The notes beneath the pieces were generated by a model. It was given only the letters and a program-made list of their open reading frames with translations. It made no database searches and was not told the origin of the DNA. Below, one piece after another: positions 27,695-36,434 of a stretch of 44,304 nucleotides of DNA (the stretch's first letter is position 1; the number at the start of each line of letters is the position of its first letter). The DNA lies in assembly GCA_021399345.1 (NCBI GenBank), contig JAAFKI010000170.1, positions 1 through 44,304 of the forward strand. Reading direction: 5' to 3'. The translations under genes and the position numbers were made by a program. The stretch is from Candidatus Heimdallarchaeota archaeon. Its GTDB lineage: Archaea > Asgardarchaeota > Heimdallarchaeia > Heimdallarchaeales > Heimdallarchaeaceae.

Positions 27695-29497
27695 TCACAC
27701 CTTATATCCGTATTTAGAACCTAGTTCCTCCATATCTGTATGGATGTAATCTTCTATTTTGTTCATTTTGATTATATTGTCATTTTGGATGTCTTCTTTC
27801 ATTCGTTTTAATATCTGAACTGTTTTTAAACTAATAATTAAAGAGATTGGGCACCCATTCTTAATTAGAACCTCAGCTCTATTATAAAATAGAAGCATAA
27901 GTTTCATCATTTTCATTTGTTTTTCAATAGGACAGAAAGAATCAATCTTATCAAAGGCATTTTGCTGGAGAAATCCTTCTTTAATTATTTCTGCTACTAA
28001 TATGATTAACTGTTCATCAGCAGGTAATGCCTTTGAACCAATTAGCTCAGCAATATGTTGAAGCTCATCATCTTTTTGTAAAATTGTAAACATCTCTTGC
28101 CGATAACGACCCCAATCCTCCAAATTGGCCTCTAAAGCCCATTCTTCTATTATTTTTATATATCCTGAATAACTGTTTAGCCAGTTAATTGAAGGGAAGT
28201 GCTTTCTGTTTGCTAAATTGGAATCTAGACCCCAAAAAGTCTTTACAAAACGTTTTGTATTTGCAGTAACTGGTTCACTAAAATCACCACCGGGAGGAGA
28301 AACAGCAGCAGTAATGTTAATTGACCCCTCTCTATATGGAGCGCCTAATGTAACAACTTGACCCGCTCTTTCATAGAAGTTAGCTAACCTAGCCCCTAAA
28401 TATGCAGGATATCCTTCTTCTACTGGCATCTCTTCTAATTGTCCGGCTATTTCTCTCAAAGCTTCTGCCCAACGACTTGTACTATCTGCAGTAAGTAAAA
28501 CGCTGTATCCCTGGTCTCTATAGAATTCAGCCATAGTTATTCCCATGTAAATTGAGGCTTCTCTAGCTGCAACAGGCATATTAGAAACATTAGCGATTAA
28601 CAATGTTCTATCCATGAGTGGGTTTTGAGTGTGTGGATCTACAAGTTTAGGAAATTCTCTCAAAACCTCAGTCATTTCATTTCCTCTCTCTCCACAACCA
28701 ATGTATACAACAACATCAGCATTACTCCATTTAGATAATTGATGCTGAAGGATAGTCTTACCTGTTCCAAATCCTCCTGGAATTGCAGCAGTTCCACCTT
28801 TGGTAATCGGGAAGAACATATCTATTATTCTTTGACCCGTTACAAGAGGTTCAGACACAGGTAATTTTTTTAAGAATGGTCTGGCAACTCTTACAGGCCA
28901 TTCGTGCATTAAAGTTAATTCTTTCTTCTTTTTATCTGATCCTTCTAACTCAGCTATAGGATCTGTGATCTTAAATTCTCCTTTATCTTGAATGGATAGT
29001 AATTCCCCATTTGTATTAGGAGGAACAAGAATATTACACTTTATTGTTTCTGTCTCTTGAACAAAGCCTAATACATCACCTCCTTTCACCAAATTACCTT
29101 TTGTTAAATCTTTACTTGGTTCGAACTGCCATTTTTTGTGTCTATCTAAGGCATTGATATGAATTCCTCTTTGGATAAATGATGAAGATGTTGCTTTCTT
29201 TATTTGCTCTAATGGCCTTTGAATTCCATCAAAAATATTAGATAATAATCCTGGACCAAGTTCAGCTGAAAGAGATTTTCCTGTAAGGTGAACCGGATCA
29301 TTTATCTTCAATCCCTCAAGTGGTTCATAAACCTGAACTGTAGCAAAATCTCGTTCAATTTCGATAATTTCACCTATGAGTCTTTCTTCTCCAACATAGG
29401 TTATTTCTCCCATCCTATACGATGAAAGACCTCTAACTTCAACAGTAGAACCTTTTATTGTTACAATTCTGGCTCTTTCTTTAGTTGACTGAGGCAT
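27695..29497 (-). CDS. atpA: A/V-type ATPase catalytic subunit A (no intein)
   Basis: ELGPGL, GGFGTGKT, GCGERGNE, NMPVAAREAS, DSTSRWAEALRE and SPPGGDFSEPVT. Confidence 0.98.
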   Translation of the reverse strand: MPQSTKERARIVTIKGSTVEVRGLSSYRMGEITYVGEERLIGEIIEIERDFATVQVYEPLEGLKINDPVHLTGKSLSAELGPGLLSNIFDGIQRPLEQIKKATSSSFIQRGIHINALDRHKKWQFEPSKDLTKGNLVKGGDVLGFVQETETIKCNILVPPNTNGELLSIQDKGEFKITDPIAELEGSDKKKKELTLMHEWPVRVARPFLKKLPVSEPLVTGQRIIDMFFPITKGGTAAIPGGFGTGKTILQHQLSKWSNADVVVYIGCGERGNEMTEVLREFPKLVDPHTQNPLMDRTLLIANVSNMPVAAREASIYMGITMAEFYRDQGYSVLLTADSTSRWAEALREIAGQLEEMPVEEGYPAYLGARLANFYERAGQVVTLGAPYREGSINITAAVSPPGGDFSEPVTANTKRFVKTFWGLDSNLANRKHFPSINWLNSYSGYIKIIEEWALEANLEDWGRYRQEMFTILQKDDELQHIAELIGSKALPADEQLIILVAEIIKEGFLQQNAFDKIDSFCPIEKQMKMMKLMLLFYNRAEVLIKNGCPISLIISLKTVQILKRMKEDIQNDNIIKMNKIEDYIHTDMEELGSKYGYKV

Positions 29498-29589
29498 TTT
29501 GTGCAGTTGAATTTCATATAATAAATAGTTTACTCACTGACCATATTTATAGCACAAAGCTTTAAACAAACAAATAGCTTGTATTTTCA
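29498..29589. promoter_or_regulatory. Probable bidirectional promoter between atpA and atpF
   Basis: 92-bp divergent gap. TTTAAA at 29561-29566 lies about 25 bp upstream of the atpF ATG. Minus-strand TATAAATA (29551-29544) and TTTATTATA (29525-29517) lie upstream of atpA. Confidence 0.5.
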
Positions 29590-29901
29590 ATGTCAAATCT
29601 GGAGTCATCAAAGAAAGCTTTTGTTATTGGAGCTAGAGAAACTGTGAGAGGTTTTAATTTAATAGGTGTTCCAGGTCAGGAAGTATTCACACCTGAAGAA
29701 ACGCTTAAAAAACTGGAAGAAACTTTGCAAAAAGACTATTCTTTGATTATTCTTTCTGCTTCTTCGATAATTGGAATCGAGGATACTCTTGAACACATTA
29801 GATTAGAAAATGCAACACCAATAATTGTTCTTTCGGATGTTAATACCAAAAACGATCCTAGAGAGTTAGAAACAAAATTTAGAAAGTTTATAGGTTATTA
29901 G
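29590..29901 (+). CDS. atpF: A/V-type ATPase subunit F
   Basis: FVIGARETVRGFNLIGV, YSLIIL, PIIV and RKFIG end; 103 aa. Confidence 0.88.
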   Translation: MSNLESSKKAFVIGARETVRGFNLIGVPGQEVFTPEETLKKLEETLQKDYSLIILSASSIIGIEDTLEHIRLENATPIIVLSDVNTKNDPRELETKFRKFIGY

Positions 29902-29911
29902 AACTTATTTC

Positions 29912-30643
29912 TCACTTTTTCACGCAGTCTACTCCGTGCACTTTTTCAACTATTTTGAATCGAAGTTTCTCATAGATTCGTACTGCTGGTAAATTTGTTT
30001 CCTCAACCCAAAGAGTTATTTTTTCAATGCCTTTATCAAAAACAACTTCACACATTTTTGAGCTTAAATCATAGCCCATACCTCTGTTACGATTTTGGTG
30101 ACTGACCCAAACTCCTCTTATTATTGCAAAAGAGAATCGATCATTTTGTACATAATGCGGAGTGAAAGCGCATCCAATTAATTCATTGTTTTCTATTATT
30201 CCAACTCCTCCTAATCCTTGGGAAAAGAGAATTCTATGTTTTAATCCAAGAAGTTTGGCATCTTCTAGGAGCAATTTTCTAGAATGATATACCTTTTGTG
30301 GAATGAAATTTTCTCTATTTAGTTCCATGCAAACAAATGTATTAATATTTTTATTTTGTACAGATTTATCCATGGGGATGAACTCTGTGAAATAGTCTTC
30401 AATGAGTTCCCTCCATTCTATATCAAAAGAAAGACTAAAATGTCCCTTTGGGTTGAAATTTTCTAGTATTTCTTTATTAGGGGGTCCAAAAACTGTTGTA
30501 TGCAAGTCATAAGAACATCTGAAGGAAGCACCAAGGTTGTCTATGATCATTATTTCTGGACAAGTATAAATGTCCCATATCATATATCCTAATCTAGCGA
30601 TTCTAGTTTCAGATGCCTTAAAGAAATTCTCAAACTCTTCCAT
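29912..30643 (-). CDS. GNAT family N-acetyltransferase
   Basis: GVWVSHQNRNRGMG (motif A) and NLPAVRIYEKL (motif B). Confidence 0.85.
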   Translation of the reverse strand: MEEFENFFKASETRIARLGYMIWDIYTCPEIMIIDNLGASFRCSYDLHTTVFGPPNKEILENFNPKGHFSLSFDIEWRELIEDYFTEFIPMDKSVQNKNINTFVCMELNRENFIPQKVYHSRKLLLEDAKLLGLKHRILFSQGLGGVGIIENNELIGCAFTPHYVQNDRFSFAIIRGVWVSHQNRNRGMGYDLSSKMCEVVFDKGIEKITLWVEETNLPAVRIYEKLRFKIVEKVHGVDCVKK

Positions 30644-30692
30644 TATTGTCTAGATATTTGAAGGGGTATAAATCTTCTTCTAAAAATTTGTA

Positions 30693-31604
30693 TTAAACAT
30701 ATTTGGGACCATACAGTTCTTCATCAAGTTTGTTTAGATAATCCTTGTATTCTTGATTATTGGAGATCTCAAAGGCTTTCTTTACTCTAACAGTTCCCTC
30801 ATATTTTTGACCCATTTTGATTAGAGCTTGACCAGAAATAAATAATGCTTCATCATTTTCTTTTGACAAAGTTAATAACTCATTGCAGAGATTGAATGCT
30901 TTTTGTATGTTTCCTTCAACTAGATATAGTTTTGATAATTTATTATAGATTGACGCGTTCACAGGTCGTGTTTTTTCTTCTACTTGTAATGCTTGGAGAT
31001 ATTTCTCCTTAGCTATATCATAATGTCCCATGAAGTGATAGAGATCACCTAGTTCTTCATAAAGATCCTGATTAGTAGGTTCAAGCTCAATAGCTTCATT
31101 GTAAGCATCAGTTGCGGAAACGAAATTTTCAAGCTCCTTATAGCTTCTTCCTAATAAACTCCAAACCATAATGTCTTCTCTCTTGGTTCTCAAATATGTT
31201 TCAAAACTTAGTACAGCTACTTGATACTCTCCCCGAGCCATTGCCAGTTTTCCTCTTCCAAGCCAAGATTGTGTTGCTCTCGAGTTCAGAGATGTAGACT
31301 TAAAGTAATAATTTTCAGCAATCTCAGTTTGATTACGAATTCTATAAATCTCTCCTAGAAGTTCATAAGCTTCCCAGTAATCAGAATCTTCAGCGATAAC
31401 ACTGGACAATTCAGTGATTGAATCATCGAATTTACCCATTAAATAATAGACTTTTCCTTTAAGATATTTTAAACTAACATCGTCATATTTTGTGATTGCT
31501 CTAGTTATATAGGATAGAGCTTCCTCATATAGACTATTATCAATTAAGCTTTCGAGTAACTCAATCTCGTACTTTTTTTTGTCCTCCCCTGTTTCCAACC
31601 CCAA
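30693..31604 (-). CDS. Tetratricopeptide repeat protein
   Basis: Tandem 34-aa repeats (AYELLGEIY, SWLGRG, VWSLLGRSY, LYEELGDLY). Confidence 0.9.
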   Translation of the reverse strand: MGLETGEDKKKYEIELLESLIDNSLYEEALSYITRAITKYDDVSLKYLKGKVYYLMGKFDDSITELSSVIAEDSDYWEAYELLGEIYRIRNQTEIAENYYFKSTSLNSRATQSWLGRGKLAMARGEYQVAVLSFETYLRTKREDIMVWSLLGRSYKELENFVSATDAYNEAIELEPTNQDLYEELGDLYHFMGHYDIAKEKYLQALQVEEKTRPVNASIYNKLSKLYLVEGNIQKAFNLCNELLTLSKENDEALFISGQALIKMGQKYEGTVRVKKAFEISNNQEYKDYLNKLDEELYGPKYV

Positions 31605-31682
31605 GAAACCACCTTGATTGTATTAATATCTCGATTTAAAAAACTTTTTAATGAATTTTAAGAAAAATCAGATGTAAGATGG

Positions 31683-33290
31683 CTATTTAGATTCTCTTTT
31701 GATTAATTCTCTTTTAAGAACTTTACCTGCTGCGCTTAATGGTAAAGAATCGACAAATTCGAAAGTTTTTGGAATTTTGTACTTAGTTATGGATCGATTG
31801 ATACAGAATTCTCTCATTTCATCTTCAGTGATTTTCTGGCCTTCTTTTGCAACAATAAAAGCTTTCCCTACTTCACCAAAGTAATCATCGGGAACAGGTA
31901 TAACAGTTGCAAGTGAAACTCCTGGGTGTTTGTAGAGTTCTTCTTCTACTTCTCTGGGATAAACCTTAAGTCCTCCAGAATTGATAACATCTTTGGATCT
32001 GTCAACAATAAAGAAATATCCCTCAGAATCTATTCGAGCTAAGTCACCAGTTTTTAACCATCCATCTGAAGTAAAAACATTGGAAGATTCTAAACCTTTA
32101 CCAAAATATCCTTTCATAACTTGAGGGCCTAAAATGACAATCTCACCAATTTCTCCCTCTTCTACTTCATCAAGAGTTTCAGAATCAACCAATCGGGCTA
32201 AGGTGTCAGTGAGAGGTTTACCTATGGAATTGACAATCGCTTTACCATAAGGATTGATATGGGTAACAGGACTACATTCAGTTAATCCATAACCTTCTGT
32301 AATCTCAATTGATGTCTTTTGTCTGAATTCTTCGTGAACTTCTTTGGGTAATGCTGATCCCCCAGAAATGCAAACTTTGAGACTATCTAAGTCATAACCC
32401 TTTATTTTTGACCGAAGAAGAGCTATGTACATTGTTGGAACACCGTAAAAAGATGTTGCCTTCTCCTCTACCATTAATTTGAGCAAGCTCTTTGGATCAA
32501 ATTTTGGGATTATGACAATCATTTCACCCCTAAAAAGTGGTGCTAGAAAACTGCATTGCAAACCAAAACTGTGACACATTGGTAGAGCAGAAACTACGCA
32601 ACCGGTAAATTCCTGTGGTATTTCCTTTGCCCATTCATTAAATTGAAGAGCATTTGCGAGAACGTTAGAGTGAGTTAGCATTACAGCCTTAGCTTTTCCT
32701 GAAGTGCCGCCTGTATAGAGAAGAAATGCTAGGTCTGACGCTTTACTTCTTATTTCTGTTAATTTTCCCCTTTTACTAAGAATGCTTGATAATAATACTA
32801 AATCAGAATCTTGACTTGGAGTAATGTCTTTTTCTGTTTCTTCAGGATCACTGACAAGAATCTTTGCTTTAAATTGATATTGACTAACTATTTCAGAAAC
32901 TTTATCACAAAAAGAAAAATCTGTTATTAAAACCTTTGATTCAGAATCTATTAATTGAAAAACAATCTCTCTTTGAGACAATCGAGTATTAATTAGAGTA
33001 ACTTTAGCTCCTACTTGAAAAGATGCAAAAATCGAGATAACCATACCAATTGAATTAGGTAACAAAATAGCCACTGTTTCGTCTTTTTCTATAGAACTTG
33101 CATCTAAAAAATAGGCTAATTTGTTGGTCTTTTCAATTATCTCTTTAGCTGTATAAACCTTTGATCCCTCTTTGAAAAGGATCTTATTTTCGTCATAACC
33201 TTTTGAAATTTCCACGAAATATTCGAATACTGATTTATCTGGATAGTTTATTTTCAAAGGCATTCTTTCTCTCCAGCTTGATTCATTCAT
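31683..33290 (-). CDS. Long-chain-fatty-acid--CoA ligase (AMP-binding)
   Basis: YTGGTSGKAK, EGYGLTE, WLKTGD, DRSKDVI and AGKVLKREL. Confidence 0.93.
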   Translation of the reverse strand: MNESSWRERMPLKINYPDKSVFEYFVEISKGYDENKILFKEGSKVYTAKEIIEKTNKLAYFLDASSIEKDETVAILLPNSIGMVISIFASFQVGAKVTLINTRLSQREIVFQLIDSESKVLITDFSFCDKVSEIVSQYQFKAKILVSDPEETEKDITPSQDSDLVLLSSILSKRGKLTEIRSKASDLAFLLYTGGTSGKAKAVMLTHSNVLANALQFNEWAKEIPQEFTGCVVSALPMCHSFGLQCSFLAPLFRGEMIVIIPKFDPKSLLKLMVEEKATSFYGVPTMYIALLRSKIKGYDLDSLKVCISGGSALPKEVHEEFRQKTSIEITEGYGLTECSPVTHINPYGKAIVNSIGKPLTDTLARLVDSETLDEVEEGEIGEIVILGPQVMKGYFGKGLESSNVFTSDGWLKTGDLARIDSEGYFFIVDRSKDVINSGGLKVYPREVEEELYKHPGVSLATVIPVPDDYFGEVGKAFIVAKEGQKITEDEMREFCINRSITKYKIPKTFEFVDSLPLSAAGKVLKRELIKRESK

Positions 33291-33335
33291 TCTGAACCAC
33301 TAATCTTTTTTTGTTTGGTACATTAATGAACTTTA

Positions 33336-36176
33336 TTGCGTGTAACCTTTTTGTTACCAATTTTGTTGAAAGAAAACGTTGATAAACTTTCACTGAAAAC
33401 TCATTTATTGGAAGGTTATAGTGAATTGTCACCAGAAGAGAGTAGGCACAAAGATAGCAAGAAATTAGAGGAAGACTATGATGAAGAGCTTTCTCAAATT
33501 GCTACTAGATATAATATTGAGTTTGATAATAATAAAGAAACTCTTTCTATTAATCTAGCTCTAAAAGGACAAGAAGCTTTAACCAAAGGTCAAATCGAAT
33601 CAGCAGAAGAAATTTGTGATGTGCTCTATAGTCTTGCAAGTAAGTGGAAAGATGACTTCACAAAAATGAAAACACTATTACTGAATGCTCAGATTGCAAA
33701 TTACAAAGGAGAATCGCAGTTAGAATATCTTGAAAACGCTCTTTCCTTAGCTAAAAAAATCAAAATTCTTGATATTGAAATTGGAATAAGGGTTCAACTA
33801 GCTTTTGATTATTACAAAAGACGAAACTACAAGAAAGTCCTCAAAGAGATTAAGAAAATCCAAAAACATCCCGAGTTTTTCTCTGAAAATGCAACAATAG
33901 TACTTGAGCTCCAATCTAGAACCTATTGGGAAATAGATGAATATGTCAAAGGATTTGACTCTACTCTTAAATGGTTTGACGTTCTAAAAAGCTCTCTAAA
34001 TGATGTATATTCTATTTTTCTTGTTATTGTTTATCTTCTGACAGTAATGAATTCTTTAGATCTCCCATATGCTAAAGAAAAGCTTGATGAGATTAAAAAT
34101 AGCATTTATGGCTTTTTAACACAGTTGGGTTCAGCTTCCCATGTATTTTCAGAAATACTGAATAATATTGATGTTTTGTTTGCCAAATCCCTTATGCTTG
34201 TAGAACCCGAAATTTTGTATCAATTTGCAGATTTACTTCTACAATCTTCCAGATGGAATGATGAGGAAAAGTACTTATTTTTGTGTCAAAAACTGTCAGA
34301 TGCTTTTTATAATATTGACGACTTCAAGAAAGCTCAAAGTTTAATGGAAAAAGCATATCAGTTCGCTAAAGAGAAGAAATATTCTGAAATTGAATCTCTT
34401 ATAAAACATAAACTGACAGAGATTTCTAGTTTGATATTCTATTTTATGTCTTTTAATCCTCTATTTGATCCATTTAGTGCAAAATCTATTACTATAAACA
34501 CTGATGATCTCAAGAAACAGTTATATCTACAAGTCATGAGCCCTATTACCAATAATTTTCCAACAACTTCTTATTCACAGTTTCTAAGAATTATCGAAAA
34601 AGCATCATATAGTTACATACATGAAAAATCGCTGAAAATAGACGGGTTTACTGTTGAAGAAGAACGGTGTTTTTTCGTTCTTGATTTAGAGATAGAAAAT
34701 GAAAGAATAATGCTTCTTATGAAAGAAGATTTCAAAGTAGATCCTGCAGAATATCAGACATTACACTCAACCTTATCTCCTTATTATTCAGTTATTGGTT
34801 TATTATCAGATGAAAGAAAAAGTACAATGAATGAAATTGATGATATTGAAGAAGTTTTACTAAAAGTTCAAAGAGCTATCAATTGTCCTGCTTCTAAAGC
34901 AATTATTTACTTGCCAGAGAAAAATCCTCAATTAAATCTATTCCGATTCTATCTCCAAGAAGGTGGTTTTAGAGATCTTAAAGTTAAAATCTTAGATTCA
35001 GTCTTGAAACTAAAGACTTCATTTGATTTCCTGAAAATTCCAGATATTTTGCAAATTTTTCAAGCAGATCCTATAACCATCTTTGATCTCTCTCTGAGAG
35101 ATGTTGATAATCTGAATCCATTATCGAAATTAATTACTAATGCTTATGGAGTTAATGTATCATCTGAAACAATGCACGATTTCTTCCAAGCTTTAATTGA
35201 AGATTTCCAGAAAAGAAGTGATACAAGATTCTGGAAAGATTTTTACTATCAATATGCTTGGTTGCAAACAAAGGGGATCTATCTATCTATATCAAATGAG
35301 TTCCACGAGAAGAAAAAAGCTTTAAACGATAAATTGGTTGAAATTGCAAATAAACTAGGTGAGGGGGAGAAAATTTTGGAGAGCCTATATTATCGAACTT
35401 TTATGGGAATTGTTACTAAGAGTGACAACTTCATGCAAGATTTTGAGGTTCTTAAAGCTAAATCAAAAAGTCATAAAAGCAGGAAATTCGGTGTTATATC
35501 TAAACTTATCCAGCTTTTTATAGATGAAAATTTAGATGAGGAGTACAATTTGGTTGAAACTCTCAATTTACTCTGTGAATTATGTGAATTCAAAGATTGG
35601 GACATTTTATTGGAATTATTTATCTATCTTCTTGGTGAGTTACATGAGATTAAACCTCTTTTTGAAATATGTAAAGAGCGAGATGTTAAAGACAGCGGAA
35701 TATATCTATATCTGCACCTAATTAAACATTTAATCAAAATCGAGAGACATAATTCAGCTAGTGAACTGCTAAGCTGGGTTCTTAATACAATAAATAGTCG
35801 GAAAGAGAATTTTCACTTCTCTGAACACATTTGGGATTATCTATTTGTTACAGCAAATACATACATGTATTCCCTTACTAGTGAAGTTCCTGATGAAACC
35901 TTAAAGAAATTTGGTGTGGATAAAAATGACGTTATTCGAAGCTTATTAGATAAAAAAGAATGGATTACCGATCCCTTATTCCTTGTTGAACTTCTTAACG
36001 ATTATATCTTAACATTACTTGATAATTCGAACTTCTCTGAGGCTGAAAAACACTATCGCTGGGTTGAGCAATTAATGTTCTATTACTGGGATATATTCAC
36101 CAACGAAAATAACAAAGATTTACTGAAAAACGTTAACGAAATTAAAAAGAGAATCGAAAGTCAACACTTCATATAA
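33336..36176 (+). CDS. Large alpha-helical (TPR-like) hypothetical protein
   Basis: Long ORF with TPR/SNAP-like segments (YLENALSLAKK, LSDAFYNIDDFKKAQSLMEKAY). True start may be the TTG at 33426. Confidence 0.65.
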   Translation: MRVTFLLPILLKENVDKLSLKTHLLEGYSELSPEESRHKDSKKLEEDYDEELSQIATRYNIEFDNNKETLSINLALKGQEALTKGQIESAEEICDVLYSLASKWKDDFTKMKTLLLNAQIANYKGESQLEYLENALSLAKKIKILDIEIGIRVQLAFDYYKRRNYKKVLKEIKKIQKHPEFFSENATIVLELQSRTYWEIDEYVKGFDSTLKWFDVLKSSLNDVYSIFLVIVYLLTVMNSLDLPYAKEKLDEIKNSIYGFLTQLGSASHVFSEILNNIDVLFAKSLMLVEPEILYQFADLLLQSSRWNDEEKYLFLCQKLSDAFYNIDDFKKAQSLMEKAYQFAKEKKYSEIESLIKHKLTEISSLIFYFMSFNPLFDPFSAKSITINTDDLKKQLYLQVMSPITNNFPTTSYSQFLRIIEKASYSYIHEKSLKIDGFTVEEERCFFVLDLEIENERIMLLMKEDFKVDPAEYQTLHSTLSPYYSVIGLLSDERKSTMNEIDDIEEVLLKVQRAINCPASKAIIYLPEKNPQLNLFRFYLQEGGFRDLKVKILDSVLKLKTSFDFLKIPDILQIFQADPITIFDLSLRDVDNLNPLSKLITNAYGVNVSSETMHDFFQALIEDFQKRSDTRFWKDFYYQYAWLQTKGIYLSISNEFHEKKKALNDKLVEIANKLGEGEKILESLYYRTFMGIVTKSDNFMQDFEVLKAKSKSHKSRKFGVISKLIQLFIDENLDEEYNLVETLNLLCELCEFKDWDILLELFIYLLGELHEIKPLFEICKERDVKDSGIYLYLHLIKHLIKIERHNSASELLSWVLNTINSRKENFHFSEHIWDYLFVTANTYMYSLTSEVPDETLKKFGVDKNDVIRSLLDKKEWITDPLFLVELLNDYILTLLDNSNFSEAEKHYRWVEQLMFYYWDIFTNENNKDLLKNVNEIKKRIESQHFI

Positions 36177-36434
36177 TAAGTGTGCTTTTAAACAATTAAC
36201 AATTTACGTTATCTATTTTGTAAGGGTGTAACTAAATCGGCCTTACTTGGATATTCTTGTTTATTTCACTTTATAAACAGTTTTGGTATTATTGTTCTAC
36301 AATGCGTCTAATTATAATTATGTTAAGGTTATGTCACTGTAATCCATAATAATCTTTATGAATGATGGTACGATTGAAAATGTGTAAAATAAATATTCCA
36401 ATGATAGTTCATATCCATAATTGGTGTCAAATTC

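Noticed and set aside
28750-28800. Possible intein at the ATPase A P-loop (a common insertion site)
   Set aside because: GGFGTGKTILQHQL is uninterrupted and the protein has normal length (600 aa).
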